Shown here: positions 37,302 to 46,267 of the stretch, piece after piece | Layout: every line of letters starts with the position of its first letter | Position numbering within the stretch: the first letter of the stretch is position 1 | Assembly: GCA_034521815.1 (NCBI GenBank) | Contig: JAXHLW010000013.1 | Span: forward strand, 1,760,001 to 1,824,000 | Direction of reading: 5' to 3' | Source of the DNA: Trueperaceae bacterium | GTDB lineage: Bacteria > Deinococcota > Deinococci > Deinococcales > Trueperaceae | Length of the DNA: 64,000 bases | The notes under the pieces: generated by a model | The model's input: the letters and a program-made list of their open reading frames with translations, nothing else | Database searches by the model: none | Told to the model about the DNA's origin: nothing | Program-made: the position numbers and the translations under genes

Positions 37302-38080
37302 CCGCTCTCCTCCCAGAGCGGTGCGAACAACGCCTCGTACCCGATGTCCTCGAGCGTCGCGCAGCCGGTCGTCCGCATCGCGTACGCCAGCTCGGCGGCC
37401 AGGCGGCGAGGCTCGATCCCGGGGTCGGGCAGCACCGCCTCGGCGCCCAGCGCCAGGTAGCGGAACAGGTCCACGCCGCCGCGGACCGGTCCCCCCACGT
37501 ACACCCCCAGCATGCCCGCCACGGTGTCGAGAATCTCGGGCAGCACCTCCGCCACGGCGGGACCTCCGAGGTGGCGCCCCGCGGCCGATCGGACGACGAC
37601 GCCGTCCAGCCCGGCCTCGGCCGCGACCTCGGCGTCCGCGGGACTGGCGATGCCGTCCAGCCACAGCGGCCGTCCCGCGGCGGCGCGAAGCTCGGCGAGC
37701 TCCTCTCGCCGACGCGGCCGCCAGACCACCTCGCCGAACGGCGGCCCGTCGACCAGGGGCGTGAGGTCCAGCAGCACGCCGGCCGGCTCCAGCGCGCCCA
37801 GGCGGCGAGCCTGAGGCACGAGGTCGGCCATCCGTCCCGCCTCGATCCGGATCAGGAACCCGGCGGCCTGCGCCGGTCCGTTTCCCTCGGGCCAGTCGTC
37901 CGCGTCGATCCGCGCCAGCGGCCAGGGAGGAGGCGCGTCGCGCCACGACTCGACCAGCGGGACGATCGGGGCGGGCAGACTCCGATCGAGCAGGCGGAGG
38001 CTCGCGTCCGGCCGCTCCACCCCGTGGAGGAGCCGGGGGAGCAGCGGATGCGCGTCGAGGGCGGCGAGGTCGCGATCCAC
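37298..38080 (-). CDS. FMN-dependent alpha-hydroxy-acid oxidase-like protein, shortened and degenerate
   Basis: LLPRLL, DAEVAAEAGLDGVVV, GRHLGG, VRGGVDLFRYLALGAEAV, EL..AM..TGCATL resemble the glycolate/lactate oxidase TIM barrel. Confidence 0.7.
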   Translation of the reverse strand: MDRDLAALDAHPLLPRLLHGVERPDASLRLLDRSLPAPIVPLVESWRDAPPPWPLARIDADDWPEGNGPAQAAGFLIRIEAGRMADLVPQARRLGALEPAGVLLDLTPLVDGPPFGEVVWRPRRREELAELRAAAGRPLWLDGIASPADAEVAAEAGLDGVVVRSAAGRHLGGPAVAEVLPEILDTVAGMLGVYVGGPVRGGVDLFRYLALGAEAVLPDPGIEPRRLAAELAYAMRTTGCATLEDIGYEALFAPLWEESG

Positions 38081-38158
38081 GCCGCCATGCTACCGCGGCC
38101 CGCGCCGTCCGCCGTGGCGGCCTGGGGGGCGCTCTTGGCTGCGCGGTAGAGTCCCGGC

Positions 38159-38974
38159 ATGATTCGTGCGCACGGCCTTCGCAAATCGTTCGCCGGCGTC
38201 GAGGCCGTTCGGGACGTAGGCTTCGAGGTGCAGGCGGGAACCATCTTCGGTCTTCTGGGGCCCAACGGCGCGGGCAAGACCACGACGCTGAGGATCCTGG
38301 CCACGTTGATCGCGCCCGACGACGGCAGCGCCGAGGTGGCCGGCTTCGACGTGCTGCTGCAGGGCGAGGAGGTCCGGCGCCGCATCGGCGTGGTGAACGG
38401 CGGCATGGGCCTGTACGACCGCCTCACCGGCCGGGAGACGCTGCACTGGTTCGGCGGGCTGTACGGCATGAGCGCAGCCGCGATCGAGGCGCGGATCGAG
38501 GAGCTCGATGGGCTGCTCGATCTGGGCGACACCCTGCACCGCCGCTGCGGCGACTTCTCGACCGGCATGAAGCAGAAGATCGTGGTCGCGCGCGCGGTCG
38601 TGCACGACCCGCCCGTCCTGTTCTTCGACGAGGCCACCAGCGGCCTGGACGTCCTGGCCAGGCGAGCGGTGCTGGACTTCGCGCGCGCCGCGACGGGAGG
38701 GGAGCGGGCGGTGGTCTGGTCCACGCACGTGATGAGCGAGGCCGAGGAGCTGTGCGACCGGGTGGGCGTGATCCACCGTGGGCGCTGGATCGGCGAGGGC
38801 ACGGTCGACGAGCTGAAACAGCGGGCAGGGGGAGCGCGCGACCTCGAAGCGGCGTTCTTCGGGCTGGTGCGGGACGCGGGCGCGCTGGACGCGGACGCAC
38901 GGGGCGCGGGCGCACGGGACGCGAGAAGCGACGCCGCGACCGCTGCCGGCGGCCACGAAGGGCGCCGACCGTGA
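38159..38974 (+). CDS. ABC exporter ATP-binding protein (NatA-like)
   Basis: GPNGAGKTT, GLYDRLTGRE, FSTGMKQK, FFDEATSGLDV, STH. Confidence 0.9.
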   Translation: MIRAHGLRKSFAGVEAVRDVGFEVQAGTIFGLLGPNGAGKTTTLRILATLIAPDDGSAEVAGFDVLLQGEEVRRRIGVVNGGMGLYDRLTGRETLHWFGGLYGMSAAAIEARIEELDGLLDLGDTLHRRCGDFSTGMKQKIVVARAVVHDPPVLFFDEATSGLDVLARRAVLDFARAATGGERAVVWSTHVMSEAEELCDRVGVIHRGRWIGEGTVDELKQRAGGARDLEAAFFGLVRDAGALDADARGAGARDARSDAATAAGGHEGRRP

Positions 38975-40197
38975 GACCGGCGATGGCGTGGGCGGTGGCC
39001 CGCAAGGACGTGCTGACCACCTTGCGCGATCGCAGGGCGATCATCAGCAACCTGCTGATCCCGGTGCTGCTGCTGCCGACGATCATGCTGGGGCTGCCCC
39101 TCCTCCTCGGCGGGCTGTTCCAACGCGAGCAGGCGTCGCTCACCCAGGTCGCGGTCGAGGGCCAGGCGTTCCTGCCCGACGCGCTTCGGTCCGCCCTCGA
39201 AGCGGAACGTGTCGAGCTGATCGCGGTCGACGACGCGCTGGGGCAGGTCCGCGACGACGACGTCGCGGTGGCGCTGCAGGTGCCCGAGGGCTTCGCCGAG
39301 GAGGTGACGGCGGGCGACGTCCCGAGGCTGCGCCTGCTACGAAAGACCGGGAACCTGGAGAGCGAGCTGGCCGCAGGCAAGGTGACCCAGGCGATCGAGT
39401 CGTACCGCCAAGACCTCGTCGCCGAGAGGCTACGGAGCGCGGGCGTCGATCCCGCCGTGCTGGAGCCGCTGACGGTCGAGACCCGCGACGCCAGCCGGCC
39501 TCAGGAACGGAGCAGCGGTCAGCTCTCCTGGCTGATTCCGTTCTTCATCGCCATCTGGGCCCTCGCCGGGGGGCAGATGACGGCGCTGGACGCCACGGCC
39601 GGCGAGAAGGAGCGCGGCACGCTGGAGGCGCTGCTGGTCGCGCCGGTGCGACGCTCCGAAGTGGTCGTCGGCAAGTTCGTCGCCACGCTGCTGTCCGGGC
39701 TCAGCGCGGCGTTCATGGCGATCGTGGGCGTCCTCGTCGGAGGCATGCTGCTCAGAGGCGTATTCCTGCCGCGGCTGGGCGACGAGGCCAGGGAGATGGC
39801 CGCGACGATGGGCGGATCGCTGTCGATCGGTGCGGACGGCATCTGGATCCTGCTGGGCAGCGCGCTGCTGACCGCCGCCGCCGTCGCGGCGATGCTGATC
39901 GCGGTCGCGATGTTCGCGCGCTCGTTCAAGGAGGCGCAGACGTACGTGGCGCCGATGACGTTCCTGTTGATCCTGCCCGCCATGGCGCTGCAGTTCTCCG
40001 ACCTGCTCGACCTGGGGAGCGGAATCTACCTGGTGCCGCTCGTGAACGTGATGGTGCTCATGGACGACGTGCTGGGCGGGGCCGTGGCCGGCACGGACGT
40101 GCTGGCCGCCTGGGGAACGATGCTGGCGTTCGTCGGCGTGCTCCTGGCGTTCGCGCTCCGCAGCTTCCGTCGCGAAGGGGTCATCTTCCGGACGTGA
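38971..40197 (+). CDS. ABC exporter permease (NatB-like)
   Basis: RDRR, TAGEKERGTLEALL, ARSFKEAQTY. Confidence 0.88.
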   Translation: MRPAMAWAVARKDVLTTLRDRRAIISNLLIPVLLLPTIMLGLPLLLGGLFQREQASLTQVAVEGQAFLPDALRSALEAERVELIAVDDALGQVRDDDVAVALQVPEGFAEEVTAGDVPRLRLLRKTGNLESELAAGKVTQAIESYRQDLVAERLRSAGVDPAVLEPLTVETRDASRPQERSSGQLSWLIPFFIAIWALAGGQMTALDATAGEKERGTLEALLVAPVRRSEVVVGKFVATLLSGLSAAFMAIVGVLVGGMLLRGVFLPRLGDEAREMAATMGGSLSIGADGIWILLGSALLTAAAVAAMLIAVAMFARSFKEAQTYVAPMTFLLILPAMALQFSDLLDLGSGIYLVPLVNVMVLMDDVLGGAVAGTDVLAAWGTMLAFVGVLLAFALRSFRREGVIFRT

Positions 40198-41113
40198 GCG
40201 AGGTGGACACGGCGTCGACGGCAGGTGGCGGGTCCGCCGCCGGGGGCCGCCGGGCGCTTCCGGTCACGCTCAGCAGCGCCACCCCGGCCAGCACCAGACC
40301 CACCCCGCTGAGCTGGACGGGCGAGGGCGCCTCGGACAGGAGCCACCACGCCCAGACGACGGTCAGCACCGGCTGCATCAGCAGGATCACCGAGGTCTCG
40401 AGGGCGGGCAGCCTGGGGAGCGCGTAGAGGATCAGGAGCCAGCCGATCGTCTGCGGCCCCACGCCGGTGAGAAGCAGCCAGCCGTGCTCGGGCCAGGTCG
40501 GCGTCAGCGCGAAGCCGGGATCGGTCGTCAGACCCGCGATCAGCGTGACGACGGCCGCGCCCAGCGTGGCGTCCGCCAACGGCCCTGCCGAGACGCGCCG
40601 CCCCCGCCCCAACGCGCGGAACAACAGCAGGAACGCCGCGTAGGCGACGCCGTTCATCAGGCCGAACGCGACCCCCCGCAGCGGAGCATCGCCGTACGCG
40701 GCGCCTCCGCCCAGCCCGCTGGTCGCGACGGCCCCGGCGAACACCACCGGAACCGCCACCATCGCCACGCGGGTCGGCCGCTCGCCGTGCAGGAGCCAGG
40801 CGGCGAGCCCCACGAACACCACCTGCGTGTTGCCCAGCACGGTCGAGAGTCCGGCCCCGATCGCGACGATCGCATGGTTCCAGAGCGTGAACGCGAGGCC
40901 CATCAACCCGCCTGCGATCAGGGCGTTCCAGCGCTCGCGCGCGCCCCGTCGCGACGTGCCCCGCTGCAGCAGCGCGATGGCGACGAGGAACGGTAGCCCG
41001 TAGGCGGGCCGGAAGAACGCGGCGGTGGAGGGGCTCACCTCGGCGAGTCGGACCAGGATCGCCGAGAACGAGATCGTGATCGCGCCGAGCAGGGCGAGCG
41101 AGCGGGCGGCCAT
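40181..41113 (-). CDS. DMT/EamA family transporter
   Basis: About 10 TM segments, SFSAILVR, STVLGNTQ, LLMQPVLTV. Confidence 0.88.
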   Translation of the reverse strand: MAARSLALLGAITISFSAILVRLAEVSPSTAAFFRPAYGLPFLVAIALLQRGTSRRGARERWNALIAGGLMGLAFTLWNHAIVAIGAGLSTVLGNTQVVFVGLAAWLLHGERPTRVAMVAVPVVFAGAVATSGLGGGAAYGDAPLRGVAFGLMNGVAYAAFLLLFRALGRGRRVSAGPLADATLGAAVVTLIAGLTTDPGFALTPTWPEHGWLLLTGVGPQTIGWLLILYALPRLPALETSVILLMQPVLTVVWAWWLLSEAPSPVQLSGVGLVLAGVALLSVTGSARRPPAADPPPAVDAVSTSLTSGR

Positions 41114-41196
41114 GCCCGCTATGCTCGCACGCCGGACGGCTGCGAGGGCCCGCCGTGCCGACGCGGACCGGGACGCTTCCTGGTACTGTCATCGGC

Positions 41197-42408
41197 ATGT
41201 TCAAAGGCAGCGCGGCGGCACGGATCGCGACGATCTACGGCGTCGTCGCGACGGTCTGGATCCTGCTGAGCGACCGCGCTGCCCTGGCGATGTTCTTGGA
41301 CCCGTTCCAGCTCAGCTGGGGCCAGACCGTCAAGGGGCTGGGCTTCGTGGTCGCCAGCGCGGTCCTGATCTACGCCCTGATCCGCCGTGAGCGTCGGCGC
41401 TGGATCGCGGCCGAAGCCTCCGAGCACGACATGGCGATGCACTACCAGGCGATCTTCATGGCCAGCCCCGCCGGCATCGTGATCACCGACCTCGCGGACG
41501 ACCGGTTCGAGGACGTGAACGACAGGTTCCTGCGGCTGTCGGGCTACCGCCGCGACGACATCATCGGCAAGGCCGTGGCGGACGTCGACCTGTGGGTGGC
41601 GCCCGAGGAGCGGCGCGCCGCCGCCCACGAGGTGCGATCGAAAGGCCGGCTGGTGGACCGAACGGGTCTGCTCCGGCGCGCCGACGGCAGCGTCCGGACG
41701 ATGCTCTGGTCGGCCGTCCTGCTCGATCTCGAGGGGCGACAGCGCATGCTCGCCGCGATGGTGGACGTCACCGAACGGGCCGAGGCGTACGAACAGACGC
41801 TGGCCGGCTGGGCGGCGGCCCTGGACCTGCGCGATCACGATACGGCGGGGCACGCGCAGCGCGTGACCGAGCTGGCGGTCGCCCTGGGCGAGCGACTCGG
41901 CATGGACCGCGACGAGCTGACCGCGCTCAGGCGGGGCGCGCTGCTGCACGACATCGGAAAGATCGGCGTCCCGGACAAGGTCCTCAACAAGCCCGGGCCC
42001 CTGGACGAGGAGGAGTGGGCCGTGATGCGAGCGCACCCGGAGATCGCCCGCGAGCTGTTGGCGCCGATCTCGTTCCTCCAGGATTCGATCGACATTCCAG
42101 CGCATCACCACGAGCGCTGGGACGGCAACGGCTACCCCGACGGGCTGGCGGGCGAGGCGATCCCGCTGGCCGCCCGGATCTTCGCCGTGGTGGACGTGTG
42201 GGACGCCCTGTGCAGCGATCGCCCGTATCGCTCGGCGTGGGCGACCGAGGCGGTGATCCGTCACGTCCGCGAGAACGCGGGGCATCACTTCGATCCGCGG
42301 GTGGCGGAGGCGTTCCTGGCGATGGTCGAGTCTGGAGAGGTGACCGAGGGGGCGGTCAGCTCCGCAGGTACGACGCCCCGTTCACGTCCAGAATGGCGCC
42401 GGTCGTGA
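41197..42408 (+). CDS. membrane-anchored PAS + HD-GYP cyclic-di-GMP phosphodiesterase
   Basis: 2 TM, PAS, DLRDHDTAGH, LHDIGKIG, HHERWDGNGYP, DVWDAL.SDRPY. Confidence 0.9.
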   Translation: MFKGSAAARIATIYGVVATVWILLSDRAALAMFLDPFQLSWGQTVKGLGFVVASAVLIYALIRRERRRWIAAEASEHDMAMHYQAIFMASPAGIVITDLADDRFEDVNDRFLRLSGYRRDDIIGKAVADVDLWVAPEERRAAAHEVRSKGRLVDRTGLLRRADGSVRTMLWSAVLLDLEGRQRMLAAMVDVTERAEAYEQTLAGWAAALDLRDHDTAGHAQRVTELAVALGERLGMDRDELTALRRGALLHDIGKIGVPDKVLNKPGPLDEEEWAVMRAHPEIARELLAPISFLQDSIDIPAHHHERWDGNGYPDGLAGEAIPLAARIFAVVDVWDALCSDRPYRSAWATEAVIRHVRENAGHHFDPRVAEAFLAMVESGEVTEGAVSSAGTTPRSRPEWRRS

Positions 42409-43114
42409 ACTCCGCCCCCTCGGACGCGAGGAACCAGACGGCGTGCGCGACCTCCTCTGGGGTCGCGACGCGTCCCAGCGGGCTCTGGGCACGGATGGCG
42501 TCCCCTTGCGGACCTTCGAGGCGCTCACGCGCCATCTCGGTCTCGACGAAGCCCGGCGCGACGACCCCGACGAACACGCCGTAACGGGCCAGCTGCTGCG
42601 CCAGCGACTGCGCCAACGCGTTCAGGCCCGCCTTGCTGGCGCCGTAGGCGGGCTGGTCCGGCTCGCCCCGGAACGCTCCGCGCGACGACACGAACACCAT
42701 CCGGCCGCCGCCGTGCTCGATCATGTGGCGTCCTGCCGCATACGCCACGTTGGCGGGACCGACCAGGTTCACCGCCAAGATTCGCCGCCAGGCCTCCTGC
42801 CAGGCGGCGTAGTCGTCCTCGTCGACCCGGTGCCGGCCGCCGATGCCCGCGTTGTTCACCACCACGTCCAGTCCGTTCAACGCCGCGACGGCGTCCGTGA
42901 CCAGCCGCTCGGCCTGGAGCGGATCGGCGACGTCGGCCTGGACGGCGGCGTGCGGGCCGCCAGGAAGCTCGGCCAGCGTGGCCTGGGCCGCCGCCTCGTC
43001 GCTGCGGTAGCCGATCGCGACCCGCGCCCCGCGCCGCGCGAAGGCGTGCGCGACGGCGCGTCCGATACCGCGCGACCCGCCCGTCACCAGAACGGCTCGG
43101 TCTTGGACGTTCAC
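42356..43114 (-). CDS. SDR family oxidoreductase
   Basis: TGGSRGIG, NNAG, YGASK, APGFVET. Confidence 0.93.
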   Translation of the reverse strand: MNVQDRAVLVTGGSRGIGRAVAHAFARRGARVAIGYRSDEAAAQATLAELPGGPHAAVQADVADPLQAERLVTDAVAALNGLDVVVNNAGIGGRHRVDEDDYAAWQEAWRRILAVNLVGPANVAYAAGRHMIEHGGGRMVFVSSRGAFRGEPDQPAYGASKAGLNALAQSLAQQLARYGVFVGVVAPGFVETEMARERLEGPQGDAIRAQSPLGRVATPEEVAHAVWFLASEGAEFTTGAILDVNGASYLRS

Positions 43115-43300
43115 GCGCCGCTCCTCGCCGCCCTCACGGCCGGCTCTCGTGCGTGAGCAAGGACGACGTGAGCAAGGACGAGGCCTCGCGCGAGCCGCAT
43201 CGCCGCATGCCAGCTGGGCGAGGCGTCGGTGGGCAGACGGATCTTCACGAACATGCGCGACCTCCGAGGGGCGAGGATACACCCGGCCGCCCAGACCGGC

Positions 43301-44431
43301 TCAGGCGTGCCTCGTCCGAATCCACAGCAGCGCCACGACCACCAGCAGACAGGCCGCGACGCCGCTCAGCGCGGTGGGGATCACGCCGGGCCCGGAGTGG
43401 GCCACCCAGGCACCGATCGCCGCCGTTCCCGCGACGGGACCGACGTTCGCGACCGCCAACGCCAGCGGCACGATCCGCTCGCTGCGGCGCGGGAACACCC
43501 GCTCGATCCAGGCGAGGGTGGTGGGAAACACCGGCGCGAGCGTCAGCCCGGCCAGCGCGTAGGCGACCGGCGCGAACGAGGTGACGTGCGCGGCGGTCAG
43601 CGCAGCCAGTCCCGCCCCGCTCGAGAGCAGCACCAGCGTCCGCGGCGCGATGCGTGCGCTCAGCGGGATCGCGAGCAGGCGACCGATCGTCAGGGCGATC
43701 CAGAAGACGCTGGTCATGAACGCCGCCGAGCGCGCACCCAGCGACGGCTCCAAGTGCACCGTCTCCCAGCTGGCCACGCCCGACTCGGTCGCGACGTACA
43801 GCGCGTACAGCGCCACGAACCCGATCGCGGCCAGCCACGGCAGGGGGGCGGGCTCGGCCGTCGGCGCCGCCTCCGGCTCGGGCACGCGCAACGACAGGAC
43901 GGTCGCCATTCCTACGAGAAGCGCGAGGCCCAAGAACGGCAGTCGCAGCGAACCGCCCGCCGCGCCGACCGCCACGGGCCCGAGCACCGCGCCGACGCCG
44001 AACACGGCGCTCATCAGGTTCAGGATCGGGGCGGCGTTCGGCGCGAACACCCTCGCGATCAGCAGGTTGAACGCCACGTTCAACAGACCGAAGCCCAGCC
44101 CGGCCGCAGCGGCGCCGATCAACAGCCACGTCCAGGTCGGCGCCAACGCCGCCAGCACCACGCCGGCCGTCATGGTCGCGCCCGCCCCGAACAGGACGGG
44201 CCGGTACCCGACGCGCACCAGCAGCACCGACGATGCGACGGTGGCCACGAACGACCCCGCGAAGTTCAGCACCACGGTCAGCCCGACGGCGTCGACACCG
44301 ACGCCGTAGCGCTCGATCAGGCCGGGGAACGCCGGGCCGTACATCGCCTGCAGCGCGCCGATGCCCAGCAGGCCCAGGGCAGCGGCGACGAGGAGCGACC
44401 TCCTCTTTGGATCGCGCAGGGCGGACCGCAT
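43301..44431 (-). CDS. MFS transporter, paralog 2
   Basis: YGPAFP, FAPNAAPILNL, WETVHL, APVFPT; collinear with 3999-5129. Confidence 0.85.
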   Translation of the reverse strand: MRSALRDPKRRSLLVAAALGLLGIGALQAMYGPAFPGLIERYGVGVDAVGLTVVLNFAGSFVATVASSVLLVRVGYRPVLFGAGATMTAGVVLAALAPTWTWLLIGAAAAGLGFGLLNVAFNLLIARVFAPNAAPILNLMSAVFGVGAVLGPVAVGAAGGSLRLPFLGLALLVGMATVLSLRVPEPEAAPTAEPAPLPWLAAIGFVALYALYVATESGVASWETVHLEPSLGARSAAFMTSVFWIALTIGRLLAIPLSARIAPRTLVLLSSGAGLAALTAAHVTSFAPVAYALAGLTLAPVFPTTLAWIERVFPRRSERIVPLALAVANVGPVAGTAAIGAWVAHSGPGVIPTALSGVAACLLVVVALLWIRTRHA

Positions 44432-44484
44432 CGCGGCGACTCTACCGGACCGGGGTTCGGCTGGCACGGGGATAGACTCCCGCC

Positions 44485-44931
44485 ATGCCCGAGCCCGCGC
44501 GCCAGACCTTCTACCGCGAGGTGCACGTCGACGACGCTGGCCTCGCGGCGCGTCGACTGCTGACGACGGCCGTCCGGCACCGCTGCCCCGCCTGTGGCGG
44601 GGCGAAGGTGACGACCGGCGCGATCGGCATCGTGGACCGCTGTCCCAGCTGCGGTTCTCGCTTCGACCGCTTCGAAGGCAACGAGCTGATCGCCATTCCC
44701 TTGTCGTTCTTCCTGACGGTCGCGGCGCTGCTGGCGATCTCGCTGGTGGTGATCCCGCGCTACGGCTTCTTCGACGGGCTGATGCTCGTGCTGTTCGGCG
44801 TCGGGATCGTGCTGGTGCTGCTTCTGGTCCGCCCGGTCCGCGTGTTGACGCTGTGGCTGATGTGGATGTTGGGGTTCGTCTACCCCGACCGTGTACCCGA
44901 CAAGGGTCGCTTCACCCTGCCGCGACGCTAG
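44485..44931 (+). CDS. DUF983-like Zn-ribbon membrane protein
   Basis: RCPACG...RCPSCG..F.R.EG followed by 2 TM segments. Confidence 0.75.
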   Translation: MPEPARQTFYREVHVDDAGLAARRLLTTAVRHRCPACGGAKVTTGAIGIVDRCPSCGSRFDRFEGNELIAIPLSFFLTVAALLAISLVVIPRYGFFDGLMLVLFGVGIVLVLLLVRPVRVLTLWLMWMLGFVYPDRVPDKGRFTLPRR

Positions 44932-45344
44932 TCGGACGGGTCGTGCGCGATCAGTACGGGCCGACGCGCGCGCCGGACCACGCGCTCCGCCACGCTGCCG
45001 TTCAGGAAGTGCGCCAGTCCGGTCCGACCGTGCGTGCCCATCACGATCAGGTCCGCCCGCCACGCCTCCGCATCGGCGAGGATGACCTCGACCGGCGCGC
45101 CCACCTCCACCACCCGCTCGTCGCCGTCGCGAGCCACCTCGTCCAGGCGCGCCGCCAGCTCGCTGGCGAGCGCCTCACGCTCGGCCCTCACGGGCGCCGC
45201 CCCGGCGAGTGGATCTGCCACCCGCTTCGGATCGAGCACGTGAAGCAGGCGGCACGCCGCGTTCGGAAAGTTCTCGCGCGCCAGCGCGATCGCCGCGTCG
45301 GCGCTGGACGAGAAGTCGGTGGGCACCAGGATCTTCGTGAACAT
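44928..45344 (-). CDS. universal stress protein
   Basis: MFTKILVPTDFS, DLIVMGTHGRTG, GSVAERVVR. Confidence 0.93.
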   Translation of the reverse strand: MFTKILVPTDFSSSADAAIALARENFPNAACRLLHVLDPKRVADPLAGAAPVRAEREALASELAARLDEVARDGDERVVEVGAPVEVILADAEAWRADLIVMGTHGRTGLAHFLNGSVAERVVRRARRPVLIAHDPSD

Positions 45345-45555
45345 CGGCGTCCTCCTCGGGGCCGTCATCCTCGGGGCCGTCATCCCCGTCGTCATCGCGC
45401 GACCGTCACCTCGGCGGCGGATCGCGCACCGATCGGCCGAGCCGCGCGTGGCTGACGATACCCGAGGCGCTGCGTCCCGGGCCGCGTTGCGGCCACCGCC
45501 GCCCTCACGCTTGGATCGTGCGGCAGTGCCGCTGCGGAGGGCCTGACGACCGGCG

Positions 45556-46122
45556 TCAGCGGAGGAAGCGCCAGACGAAGTCCGCGGGCGGCTCGGCGCT
45601 GGTCGTGAGAGAGCCGCTCTCGGTAACGATGCGGGAGTAGAGGTTCCAGCCGGGCTGCAAGTCGAGCTCGATAAGGTCCCCCATGCAGTCCTCCTCGGCG
45701 ACGAACGCTTCCTCGACGTAGGCGAGGTACGTGTAGCTCGACGGCCCATACATGCCCCAGTCCCCGGGTGTTCGACGGGTTCGCCAGAACTGCCCAACCG
45801 TCTCCTCGCCGTCCACCACGTCCAGGTAGGGCACGAACGCGATGTTCACCGATGACGCGCCACAGACACGCATCTCCCCCAGCATCTCGGGATCCAGCTC
45901 GGCGGGCAGACGGATGCTGAACGAGCCGCCCTCGACCCGACCACGCGCGAGGGGCGTCGTGCCGAGCGATCCCGGCTCGTCACGGATCATGGCCTCGACC
46001 ACGGTGCCGTCCGGCACCGCCGCAGGCACCTCGCCACGGAACTCGAATCCCTCGTCCTGCGCGAGCCCGCAGAACGCCAACGACCATGAAACCGCGAACA
46101 GAACGACGATTTTTCGTGTCAT
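45556..46122 (-). CDS. secreted hypothetical protein
   Basis: Signal peptide ending GLA-Q; beta-rich, GSFSIRLP and LDLQPGWN motifs, two Cys in the mature part. Confidence 0.65.
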   Translation of the reverse strand: MTRKIVVLFAVSWSLAFCGLAQDEGFEFRGEVPAAVPDGTVVEAMIRDEPGSLGTTPLARGRVEGGSFSIRLPAELDPEMLGEMRVCGASSVNIAFVPYLDVVDGEETVGQFWRTRRTPGDWGMYGPSSYTYLAYVEEAFVAEEDCMGDLIELDLQPGWNLYSRIVTESGSLTTSAEPPADFVWRFLR

Positions 46123-46267
46123 GCCCGCACCATCGCACATCGCCGCCCTGCTGAACGCCGGCCTGGGCGTCGTCCGAGAGGCTTGCGAACACGCGTGCTC
46201 CTCCACCGGTCGCGGTGGCGCCCTCCGGACGCGCGGCGCGGACCTGCCGCCCGCCTACGCCGCCCGC

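Noticed and set aside
40181..42408. Convergent 3' overlaps (natB/EamA 17 nt, HD-GYP/SDR 53 nt; also DGC/HK 29 nt) as antisense regulation
   Set aside because: Short tail overlaps are common in compact GC-rich genomes with few stop codons; no further evidence
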